IMG/VR virus record: IMGVR_UViG_3300049472_000070
Location: 1-38,729 of that record
From: a virus
Taxonomy: Duplodnaviria; Caudoviricetes
Direction: 5' to 3' (one strand)
Length of the DNA: 38,729 nucleotides
Below the pieces are notes generated by a model, which worked only from the letters and a program-made list of their open reading frames with translations, searched no databases and had not been told where the DNA came from. Positions 25,079 to 34,003 of the stretch are shown here, in pieces (the stretch's first letter is position 1; each line of letters starts with the position of its first letter). The translations under genes were made by a program, and so were the position numbers.

Positions 25079-25544
25079 CCTGTTCCGGTTGGGTGGCCGT
25101 GCGGTCGGCAGCAACCGGATAGCGGCCAACAACTTCTACGAAACGCGGACGGGGCGAAACGCCAAATTTGTCGCTGACGATTTTTGGGGGACATCCGGCG
25201 CGTTCGTGCTGGTGGCGAACGGGGGCAGTTACACCCTGGTCGGCACCGATGCCACCCTGACCTACGTCGGCGGCAGCACGTACACGCTGGCAGCGGAGGC
25301 AGGGGCCTACGCGCTGGCAGGGGCCACGGCGAACCTGCTGCTGGGCCGCGTCATCGCAGCCAACGGCGGCACGTTCACGATGACCGGCACGGATGCCGTG
25401 CTGCGGCGCGGATGGGTGGTCAATGCCGAGGCGGGGGCGTATGCTTTGGCTGGCGAGGAAGCGACCCTGATTTACAGTGGCGGCCCGCCCGTCACCAGTA
25501 GCGGCGGCGAATACATCGTGGTGTTCAGGCGGCGGAGGCGGTAA
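25071..25544 (+). CDS. Putative structural protein with repeated A..G.Y.L.G..A.L units
   Basis: Four internal peptide repeats; RRRRR C-terminus. Confidence 0.65.
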   Translation: MASLFRLGGRAVGSNRIAANNFYETRTGRNAKFVADDFWGTSGAFVLVANGGSYTLVGTDATLTYVGGSTYTLAAEAGAYALAGATANLLLGRVIAANGGTFTMTGTDAVLRRGWVVNAEAGAYALAGEEATLIYSGGPPVTSSGGEYIVVFRRRRR

Positions 25545-26152
25545 TGACCAGCAAGGTAGCCATCATCAACCGCGCCCTGACGAAACTTGGGGCCACGCGC
25601 ATTGTCCAGATCACGGACAACACGAAGGAGGCCCGAGAGATGGCGGCCACTTTCGACATCGTGCGCGACTCGGAGCTTCGTTCGAACCGCTGGTCGTTTT
25701 CCATCAAGCGGGCGCAGTTGGCCGCCGATGTCACGGCCCCGGAGTTTGAATACTCCCACCGATTCACGCTGCCTGCGGATTACCTGCGGACGCTGATGGT
25801 GGGCGACCTGTGGCCGGGTTACGACCCGACCGATTACCGCAACGGCCCTGGCGGCGCTGACTGGTCAATCGAAAACGGTTTCATCCTCTACAACTCCGCT
25901 GGCCCCCTGCGGCTGCGGTACATCGCCCGGATTGAGGACACGACCCTGTGGGACGCTTCGTTTGTCGAGGCGTTCGCTTGCAAGCTGGCCGTGGAAACCT
26001 GCGAGGCGATCACGCAGTCCAGCCAGAAGCGCCAGATGGCGATGGAGGAATATCGCATCGCGTTGCAGGCGGCGCGTCGGGCCGGGGCGATTGAACTGCC
26101 GCCGCGCCAGATTGCCGATGATTCGTGGGTGCTTGGCCGAGTGAGGGCTTGA
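25544..26152 (+). CDS. Tail tubular protein A / adaptor
   Basis: I.NRALTKLG, WSFSIKR..L, LPADYLR, F.EA.A.KLA. Confidence 0.85.
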   Translation: MTSKVAIINRALTKLGATRIVQITDNTKEAREMAATFDIVRDSELRSNRWSFSIKRAQLAADVTAPEFEYSHRFTLPADYLRTLMVGDLWPGYDPTDYRNGPGGADWSIENGFILYNSAGPLRLRYIARIEDTTLWDASFVEAFACKLAVETCEAITQSSQKRQMAMEEYRIALQAARRAGAIELPPRQIADDSWVLGRVRA

Positions 26153-26153
26153 G

Positions 26154-28727
26154 ATGGCGCGTAGTTCCCCGGCGCAGACGAACTTCAACGCGGGCGAACT
26201 GTCCCCGCTGTTTGATGGTCGCGTGGACATGGCGAAGTACGGGAACGGCTGCAACCGGATGCGGAACTTCATCCCGTTGCCGCAAGGCCCGGCCACGCGC
26301 CGTCCGGGGTTTCGCTACGTTGCGCCGACGAAGGATGCCACCGACCGTGGCTGGCTGATCCCGTTCGTGTTCAGCGAGTCCGACTCATTCGCCATTGAGT
26401 TTGGCGACGGCCACTTGCGGTTCTACACCGACAACGGCCAGTTGCAGACCGGCACGGTGACGGCGTGGAGCAACCTGACGAACTACGTTGAAGGCGACTT
26501 GGCCGAGCAGGCGGGCGTCAAGTATTACTGCATCCTGGCCCATATCAACCAAGCCCCGCCGAACGCAACATACTGGTACGCGCTGACCGGCACCATTTAC
26601 GAAATCCCGTCGCCGTACCCGATTGCTTCATTGACGAACAGCGACGGCACCTTTGCCGTGAGCTTCGCGCAGACGGGCGACACGATTTTCATGGCCCTGC
26701 GCGGCTACCCGCCGAAGAAACTAACGCGGGTTGGCAACACGAACTGGCAATTCAGCGATGCCGCGATCACTGGCGGCCCGTTCATTGGCCTGAACCCGAA
26801 TGAAACCACGACGGTGTACGCGAGTGCGGCCACTGGCACGGTGACGTTGACGGCCAGCACTTCGATATTCACGGCGGAGAAGGTCGGCACCCTGTTCCTG
26901 TTGGAGCAGAAGGCCATTGACGGTGTTGCGGCATGGGAACCTGCGAAGGTCATCGCCATCAACGCCGAGCGCCGCAGCGACTCCAATGTGTACCGCGCCC
27001 TGAACGGCGCAACGACGGGCAGTGTGAAGCCCGTTCACCGCGAGGGCGCACGGTTCGATGGCGATACCGGCGTCCAGTGGCAGTACGTCCATTCGGGCTA
27101 CGGCATCGCTAGGATCACGGCGGTTGGCGGCACAACGGCCACGGCCACGGTTATTTCCGAGATTCCATCGCAGGCGGTAGCGGTGGCGAACGCATCGCTG
27201 CGCTGGTCGTTTTCGGCATGGGACTCGGTGCAGGGCTACCCGGACATCGTGACGTTCTACAAGGAACGCTTGACGTACCTGCGCGGCCCCGACCTGTGGG
27301 CTAGCGTGTCGGCAGACTTTGAGAACTTCGCGGCGCGGGATGGCGCGGAAACCCTGCCCGATTCGGCGCTTTCGCTACAGATTGCCGCAGGCCAGATCAA
27401 CGATGCGCTGTGGGCTGCACCGGGCGATGCGCTGCTGGTCGGGACGCTGGGCGCGGAGTTCGCCATCGGCCCGATCACGGATTCGCAGGCGTTCGGCCCA
27501 GGCAACGCGCAGGCCGCGCAGCAGACCACGTATGGCTCCCGCAAGGTAGCCCCGGCGCGGGTGGGCGACTCGGTGCTGTTCGTGCAGCCCACCGGGCGGC
27601 GTGTGCGCGACATGCGGTTCTCGTTCAACACCAACGGCTACGAGGCGGCGGATGTCACTATCATCGCCAATCACATCACTGCCGGGAAGATCATACAGTT
27701 CGCCTACGCGCAGGAACCGAACCAAGTTGTTTGGGCCGTGTGCGCGAACGGCGACCTGATCGCGCTGACGTTCCTGTTGGAGCAGGATGTCATTGGCTGG
27801 CACAAGCACCCGCTGACCAACGGAATCATTGAATCGGCCTGTAGCATCCCGTCGCCGGACGGAACCCACGACCAGGTGTGGGCTATCATCCGCCGCACGA
27901 TCAACGGCAACACCGTGCGGTACGTGGAATACATGGAGAAGCAGTGGGATCAGGACGAGGACGCGCTGCGCGATGCGGTGTACCTTGACTGCGCCGCCAC
28001 ATATGACGGCGTTGCCCTGACGGGCGGAACGACCTTGGCTTATGGCACGGCGGGCCTGCTGGAATCGGGCGTTGCGATGTTTGTCCCCGGTGATGTTGGC
28101 GACTACATCGTGGTGAACCCGTACACGCCGCAGTCGTGCCGGTTCCGCATAGTTTCGTACACTTCGGGGACGCAGGTTGTCGGCACTCCGCTTGACCCAC
28201 TGCCCGAAAACTTCAATGGCATTGGCGAGATTGTGACCGGCTGGGGCATTGCCCGCGATGTCATCACGAACTTGGCGCACCTTGAGGGGCAGGCTGTTGA
28301 CATCCTGATTGACGGCGCAGCCCACCCGCAGGCGGTCGTGGCATCGGGCCAGGTGGCGCTGCAATCGCGGGGGCTGACCGTACAAGTCGGCCTGCCCGCG
28401 CCCTGCGAACTGGAAACCATGCGGATTGAGGCGGGCGCGACGGACGGCACGGCGCAGGGCAAGACCAAGCGGATTCACCGGCTGGTGCTGCGGCTGTATC
28501 AGGCGCTTGGCGGCAAGGTTGGCCCGGTGGGGCTTGAGGATGAAATCAACTACCGCGATAGCTCCATGCCGATGAACAACCCGCCCGATGTCCTGACCGG
28601 CGACTACCTGATGACGTACCCGGAGGGCTACACGAAGGTGGGCCGCATCCGGGTCATCAACGACCAGCCGTTGCCGATGACGGTCGTGGCGCTGTATCCG
28701 CAGCTTGAAACCGAGGATTCCCGATGA
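26154..28727 (+). CDS. Tail tubular protein B / nozzle
   Basis: QTNFNAGELSP...RRPG; EQDVIGWH.H; HLEG..V; QPLPMTV. Confidence 0.9.
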   Translation: MARSSPAQTNFNAGELSPLFDGRVDMAKYGNGCNRMRNFIPLPQGPATRRPGFRYVAPTKDATDRGWLIPFVFSESDSFAIEFGDGHLRFYTDNGQLQTGTVTAWSNLTNYVEGDLAEQAGVKYYCILAHINQAPPNATYWYALTGTIYEIPSPYPIASLTNSDGTFAVSFAQTGDTIFMALRGYPPKKLTRVGNTNWQFSDAAITGGPFIGLNPNETTTVYASAATGTVTLTASTSIFTAEKVGTLFLLEQKAIDGVAAWEPAKVIAINAERRSDSNVYRALNGATTGSVKPVHREGARFDGDTGVQWQYVHSGYGIARITAVGGTTATATVISEIPSQAVAVANASLRWSFSAWDSVQGYPDIVTFYKERLTYLRGPDLWASVSADFENFAARDGAETLPDSALSLQIAAGQINDALWAAPGDALLVGTLGAEFAIGPITDSQAFGPGNAQAAQQTTYGSRKVAPARVGDSVLFVQPTGRRVRDMRFSFNTNGYEAADVTIIANHITAGKIIQFAYAQEPNQVVWAVCANGDLIALTFLLEQDVIGWHKHPLTNGIIESACSIPSPDGTHDQVWAIIRRTINGNTVRYVEYMEKQWDQDEDALRDAVYLDCAATYDGVALTGGTTLAYGTAGLLESGVAMFVPGDVGDYIVVNPYTPQSCRFRIVSYTSGTQVVGTPLDPLPENFNGIGEIVTGWGIARDVITNLAHLEGQAVDILIDGAAHPQAVVASGQVALQSRGLTVQVGLPAPCELETMRIEAGATDGTAQGKTKRIHRLVLRLYQALGGKVGPVGLEDEINYRDSSMPMNNPPDVLTGDYLMTYPEGYTKVGRIRVINDQPLPMTVVALYPQLETEDSR

Positions 28728-29008
28728 GGGCGATCATCCGGGGGCTGGCGAACGACAACGGCAGCTTGCGGGCGCTGACGGGCCAGGGCGAGCCGGGGCT
28801 TTACACGCTGCTGGGCGGGACGGGCGAAGAACAGTCGGCGGCTGACCTGACCACAACGGGAGGCTCCGGGCAGGTTTCGGCAGTGAGCCGCCTTGCCCGA
28901 GTGCAAGATGAGCCGCGATTGGCGGCGGTGGCGGGGCAGGGTTACATCCCGCCGGGATCGGGGGCGCGACCGGGAGGCGGGATTATTCGCCCGCCGATCA
29001 TCCCATGA
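28724..29008 (+). CDS. Hypothetical protein
   Basis: ATGA overlaps on both sides. Confidence 0.55.
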   Translation: MRAIIRGLANDNGSLRALTGQGEPGLYTLLGGTGEEQSAADLTTTGGSGQVSAVSRLARVQDEPRLAAVAGQGYIPPGSGARPGGGIIRPPIIP

Positions 29009-29439
29009 CGCTGCTGTATGTCCCGATGCAGGAGCATCATGTCCGGGCGCTGGTGCCGCAGCGGGCGCAGGCGCACATCCCTGTGGAGGAACGGGTCAAG
29101 GACGCGCTGGGGCTGGCGCAGCAGGGCCAAGCATGGGCGGTGGTGTCCGAGGCAGGGGTCGTGTGCTTGGCGGGCGTACAGCCCCAATGGGGCGGTCGGG
29201 CGGTGGCATGGGCGCTGCTGTCGGAGCAGGCCGGGCGCAGCATGGTCGCGCTGACGCGAGCGGCACGGCGGTATTTCGATGGGTTAGACTACGCCCGAGT
29301 GGAGATGTACGTGGATGCCGGGTTTGCCGAGGGTTGTCGCTGGGCGCGGTTGCTGGGGTTCAGGAATGAAACGCCGGACGGGATGGTTGGGTTCTTGCCG
29401 AACGGAAACCGAGCGTTCATGTACGGGAGGGTGAAGTAA
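29005..29439 (+). CDS. GNAT-fold virion assembly protein (T7 gp13 position)
   Basis: AWALLS...RVEMYVD..F....RWARLLGF..E. Confidence 0.7.
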   Translation: MTLLYVPMQEHHVRALVPQRAQAHIPVEERVKDALGLAQQGQAWAVVSEAGVVCLAGVQPQWGGRAVAWALLSEQAGRSMVALTRAARRYFDGLDYARVEMYVDAGFAEGCRWARLLGFRNETPDGMVGFLPNGNRAFMYGRVK

Positions 29440-29951
29440 TGGCATTTGCACCGTTGTTGCCGTGGATTGCCGGTGCGCTTGGCGGCATCGGCGCGTTCGC
29501 GCAGGGTTCGGCGCAGGCGGCGGAATACAAGGCTCAGGCGCGTAACTTTGAGTATGACGCTGCCGTCCAGACGCAGAACGCCGCCATCGCAGGGCAGCAG
29601 TCCAGCGCGGAACAGGAGCGTGTGCGGCGCGAGTCGCGGCAGATTCTCGGGGCGCAACGGGCCGCCATAGGCGAATCCGGCACGGCGTTCAGCGGGTCGA
29701 ACACGGACATCCTGAGCCAGTCCACCGCGAACGCGGAACTGGATGCGCTGAACGTGCAGTATTCCGGCGAACTGGAGCGCACCAGCCTGCTTACCCAGGC
29801 GGAGGGGTCGCGGTTCAACGCGAAGGTGGCGCGATCGAGCGCGAAGTCGGCCAACCGGATGCGGTGGCTTAGTGCTGCCGGTGCCGGGCTTTCGGCCTAC
29901 GGTGGCGCAGGTGGCAATATGTTTCTAGGCAAGCTGCCGGGGAAAGGTTAA
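29439..29951 (+). CDS. Internal virion/ejection protein (gp14-like)
   Basis: Hydrophobic Gly/Ala N-terminus, G.QRA..G.SG....GS. Confidence 0.75.
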   Translation: MAFAPLLPWIAGALGGIGAFAQGSAQAAEYKAQARNFEYDAAVQTQNAAIAGQQSSAEQERVRRESRQILGAQRAAIGESGTAFSGSNTDILSQSTANAELDALNVQYSGELERTSLLTQAEGSRFNAKVARSSAKSANRMRWLSAAGAGLSAYGGAGGNMFLGKLPGKG

Positions 29952-32273
29952 ATGGCGATCCGGATTCCGGTTTACACGCAGCAGACGGGAACCCCGCAAG
30001 GCCGCGTGGCCGGGGCGAACCTGACCACGGATGTCGGGCCGAACGTCGGCGGCGCGTTGCTGGATGCCGCGCAGGGCGTTGGCATGTTCGCCCGAGCGCG
30101 GAAAGACAAGATGGACGAACTGGCGGCGTCGGAGGCGACGGCGTATTCGTCGCAGGCGTTGGCTACGTTCCAGCGCGAGGCCATCCGCAAGGCCGAAGAA
30201 TTCAAGTCAAAGACCGGGCCGGGCGGCAAGGGCTATGCCGAAATGCTCAATGGCTGGGGCGTTCAGGAAAAGGATGCCATCATCGCCGCTGCGCCAAACG
30301 AGCAGGCTCGGAAGTACCTGCAATCGCAGATGACGGACACGCTGACGCGGCTGGATGCATCGGCGTTTGACTACGAAATCACCGAAGGCCGCCGCCAGGT
30401 CATCGGCATGTACGAGAACGGGATCAAGGCCGGTGCCGACACCGCGCTGGCAAGCCCCGAGAACGCGGCGCTGGTCGCGGCGCAGCAGTTGGCGACGATC
30501 AAGGCCGACAAGTCCATTGACGAGGCGCAGCGGGCGGCGCTGGTCACGGCTGTCACCAGCGAGATTAGTTATGCGGCGGTGCTGGGTGACATCCAGACGA
30601 ACCCCTATGGCGCACAGAAGCAGTTGCTTGCGCGGTTCGGTTTCGGCCCTAGCGCAGAGGGCGAAGTAGATCAGGGCGTCATCGCCGGGATTGCCGCCGA
30701 GGGGATGCGCCGAGTTGCGGCGGGCGAAGATCACGCCAAGGTCGAGTCGTGGATGAATGAAGCCATGACCAAGGCTGGCATGACGGTGGATACGTCACGC
30801 GCTGGTGAGGAAGTCACCGATGAGCCGGGTGGCGATGGACGCACTTGGGCGTATTCGGCATTGGACGCTCAGCAGGTGGTTTCGCTTATTTCCAAGGTTC
30901 AGGCAGACATCGCCCGAATGGAGAACGAGGCCAAGCAAGCCGCTGACTTTGGCAAGATTGAGTTTGACCAACGGTATCAGGACAAGATGATTGCGCTTGG
31001 GGCCGGGGAGTCTGTAGCCGACTTGCCTAGCGAAGCTACGCTGATGGCGGTGTATGGCCCGGAGCAAGGAGCGATTAAGTTCCGCAATCAGGGAATCGTT
31101 CAGGCCAACGCTGGCGTGTTGCAGACGATGGCAGGGCAGACGAACGCGGAACTTGTGGCGATGCTGGCATCGCCCCCGACTGGAACCGATAACCGAGAGT
31201 TCCGAGAGGCTTCGTTTGAAGTTCGGGCAAGGCGGGCTGCTGCTATTCTCAAAGCCCGCGAGGACGACCCTGGCGGCTTCGTGCTGGCCGAATCCCCGAT
31301 TGTGAGCCAGTCGTTTGCCGAGTGGCAGGCGGCATCGCAGTCGGGCGATCAGGCGGCGGCTACGGCGGCGCAGAACAAATACATCACGGCCAGCATGGCG
31401 GAGCAGACCCGCATTGGGATTCTTCAGCCTAAGTTGCCCGAGGCGTTTCTCAAGGGCGTTGCACAGGACTTGGCGACGGGGCTGGATTCCAACGATACGG
31501 CGGTGACGCAGGCGGCGGTGCAGCGGGTTCGTGCGGCTGCGGCAAGTTTGCTGGCTGGCGGGCATGTGGAGGCGGCGGCGCAGATTGCGAAGTTGGGCGT
31601 CCCGGCGGCAATGTCTGTGGACGAGGTTCCGGCTGACGTTATCCGCCGCGTGGTGGTGGCATCCAGCGTGAAGGAGTCCGAGATGAAAGCCGCGCTGCCA
31701 ACCAGCGTTGATTGGGCCAGCATCCAGACGAACGTGCAGCGCGAGTTTGAGCCGCTGCTGGCAACGCTGTCGTACTCGGATAACAACGAAGCCAAGGCGC
31801 GGTACATCAACGCAGCCGAGCGACTGGTGGCCGAGCAGGTGGGCCGAGGCGTGGACGTTCGCACGGCGGCGCGGCAGGCGTACAACGACTTGTTCGGGAA
31901 TCAGAACGTGGCGCAGGGGACGTATCGCATCCCGAAGGCGGCAGGACCGGAGTTGGTGGTGAACGGCCTGTCGAACATGCTGCGCGAGATTCCCGTTGAC
32001 CGCGTTGACGCGCAGACGGCGGAATGGATGACCGACAAGGACATCGAAAACGAACGGCGCAGGCAGTTGCGAACCATCCAAGCCCAGGCCGCGTGGGTAA
32101 ATAACCAGTCCGGCGACGGCGTGATCCTGACCGCAGGCGGCTTGGTGGTGCGCGATGTTGACGGCAACCCGTTCGAAGTGAAGTTCTCGGATGCGGCTTC
32201 GTACATTCCGAAAACGCAGCGCCCGACCCGCGACGATGCGGCGTGGTCGCGTGACCCCCGGATGGCGCGATAA
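29952..32273 (+). CDS. Internal virion/ejection protein (gp15-like)
   Basis: MAIRIPVY start, helical Ala-rich, position. Confidence 0.7.
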   Translation: MAIRIPVYTQQTGTPQGRVAGANLTTDVGPNVGGALLDAAQGVGMFARARKDKMDELAASEATAYSSQALATFQREAIRKAEEFKSKTGPGGKGYAEMLNGWGVQEKDAIIAAAPNEQARKYLQSQMTDTLTRLDASAFDYEITEGRRQVIGMYENGIKAGADTALASPENAALVAAQQLATIKADKSIDEAQRAALVTAVTSEISYAAVLGDIQTNPYGAQKQLLARFGFGPSAEGEVDQGVIAGIAAEGMRRVAAGEDHAKVESWMNEAMTKAGMTVDTSRAGEEVTDEPGGDGRTWAYSALDAQQVVSLISKVQADIARMENEAKQAADFGKIEFDQRYQDKMIALGAGESVADLPSEATLMAVYGPEQGAIKFRNQGIVQANAGVLQTMAGQTNAELVAMLASPPTGTDNREFREASFEVRARRAAAILKAREDDPGGFVLAESPIVSQSFAEWQAASQSGDQAAATAAQNKYITASMAEQTRIGILQPKLPEAFLKGVAQDLATGLDSNDTAVTQAAVQRVRAAAASLLAGGHVEAAAQIAKLGVPAAMSVDEVPADVIRRVVVASSVKESEMKAALPTSVDWASIQTNVQREFEPLLATLSYSDNNEAKARYINAAERLVAEQVGRGVDVRTAARQAYNDLFGNQNVAQGTYRIPKAAGPELVVNGLSNMLREIPVDRVDAQTAEWMTDKDIENERRRQLRTIQAQAAWVNNQSGDGVILTAGGLVVRDVDGNPFEVKFSDAASYIPKTQRPTRDDAAWSRDPRMAR

Positions 32274-34003
32274 TGCCAATCTTCACCGAACGCTCCCCGC
32301 TGCTAGGCGAACCGATTGCGCCGGTTTCAACGACCGGCGAAGTGTTCGGCGCGATGTTTGAAGAAGCCGCCGAGTCCGGCCTGTTCGGCGCTGGCCTGCG
32401 AACGGAACAGATTGCCCAAGCCCGAGGGGCGCAGGCACCGACTCGCGCTGAAACGCAGTACGGCCTGACGCCCAAGCGCCGCCCGCTGTCTGCGCTGCTG
32501 TCGCCCGAGCAGGGTCGCCAACGGCTGCGCGACAACGGGCTGGATCAGAACTTGTCCATCCCGCAGAACGGCATCCGTTCGGCGGAACTGGACATCCTGA
32601 TTGAGCGCAAGCGGGCCGAGCTTCGGCGCGACATGATTATGGCGCAGGCCAACCCGAGTTACGGGACGCTGGGTGCGTCACTTGCAGGATCGTTGGTGGG
32701 TTCGTTCGTTGACCCGTCGAACCTGGCGCTTGGCTTCGTGCCGGTGGTGGGCGAGGCGCGATACGCGCAGTTGCTTGCGCGGGCGGGCGGAGTGCTGGGC
32801 CGAACCGGCGTTCGTGCGGGCGTGGGTGCTGTTGAGGGTTTGGTGGGCCTGCTGCCTGCCGAGGCGGTGAACTACTACGCGAATCAGCAGCAGCAGGCAG
32901 ACTACACGGCCTACGAGTCCATGCTGAACATCGCGGGCGGCGCGTTCTTCGGGTCGGCGCTACACGGTGGCGCGGGACTGATGGGCGATGCGGTGTTCGG
33001 ATTCAAGCCGCCGATGGTGGAGCCGCCTGCGCGGGTGGATACGGTAGTGGGCGAGGTTCCTCCTGCGCGGCAGGTTCCGATTGTCACCCGCGAACAGGTC
33101 GAGCGAAGCATCATCATGGAGCGACTGGCTCAGGGCCAGCCGATTACTCGGGCGCAGGTGGATGCGATCCCGCCGCGCACGATGGCCGAAGCCGGGATGG
33201 TGATTGACAACCGGATTTCGGAGTTGCGGCTTGCGTCGGAGGGAGTGCTGCCCGAGGCCAATGTCCGGGCGCTGGTGGCCGAGCGCGACGAACTTGAGGC
33301 GCTGGTGCGTGGCGAGGACAAGCTAACGGTGTCGCGCCTGACCCCGGCAGAACGGCAGTTTGCCGACGAGCGCCGCGTGGCGATTCGCCAGGAGCTTGAG
33401 GCGCACAAGACCGCGCAGTCGGCGGCTAAGCAGTTGGACACGCTGGAATCAAGGCTGGCGAAGATTGATGACGATGCCACCCTAGGCAAGTTGGCCGATG
33501 AAATCCTGCCGCCGCCTGACCGCACGTTCGTTGAGTCCCTGTCCCCTGCCGCCCGCGCCGCCATCGAATCCGACCCGCTGATGCCGGTGCGTCCGTTCAT
33601 CGCCAGCCTGTCCCCGGACACGCAGGCGCGGTCGCTGCGGATGGCGATTTCGCAGGCGTTGGAAGGGCGCCCGATTGACGTTGGCCCCGCCATCCTGACA
33701 GATGCGCGATACTTGGACGCCGACGCAGCGATGACGGCGGCGGCCCGGAACGCAACCGAAGTGGATGGGGCCAGCAAGGCGGCATCCGAGGCAGGTGCGA
33801 AGGTCGAGGAAATCCCGACCGACATTGACGGACTCAAGGCCCAAGTTGAACAGGACGAGGCCGACCTGAACCGGATGCTGGAAACGATGGACGAGGATGT
33901 GGCCGACGAGGCTGCGCGGGCATTGAAGGGCATCGTTGAGAACGGCAGGCAGCAGGGCAACGCGGCCAAGGCAGCGGCCATGTGCATGAGGACGAATGAA
34001 TGA
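32273..34003 (+). CDS. Internal virion/ejection protein
   Basis: DP.N.ALGFVPVVGEARYA, TM-like Gly-rich region. Confidence 0.7.
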   Translation: MPIFTERSPLLGEPIAPVSTTGEVFGAMFEEAAESGLFGAGLRTEQIAQARGAQAPTRAETQYGLTPKRRPLSALLSPEQGRQRLRDNGLDQNLSIPQNGIRSAELDILIERKRAELRRDMIMAQANPSYGTLGASLAGSLVGSFVDPSNLALGFVPVVGEARYAQLLARAGGVLGRTGVRAGVGAVEGLVGLLPAEAVNYYANQQQQADYTAYESMLNIAGGAFFGSALHGGAGLMGDAVFGFKPPMVEPPARVDTVVGEVPPARQVPIVTREQVERSIIMERLAQGQPITRAQVDAIPPRTMAEAGMVIDNRISELRLASEGVLPEANVRALVAERDELEALVRGEDKLTVSRLTPAERQFADERRVAIRQELEAHKTAQSAAKQLDTLESRLAKIDDDATLGKLADEILPPPDRTFVESLSPAARAAIESDPLMPVRPFIASLSPDTQARSLRMAISQALEGRPIDVGPAILTDARYLDADAAMTAAARNATEVDGASKAASEAGAKVEEIPTDIDGLKAQVEQDEADLNRMLETMDEDVADEAARALKGIVENGRQQGNAAKAAAMCMRTNE

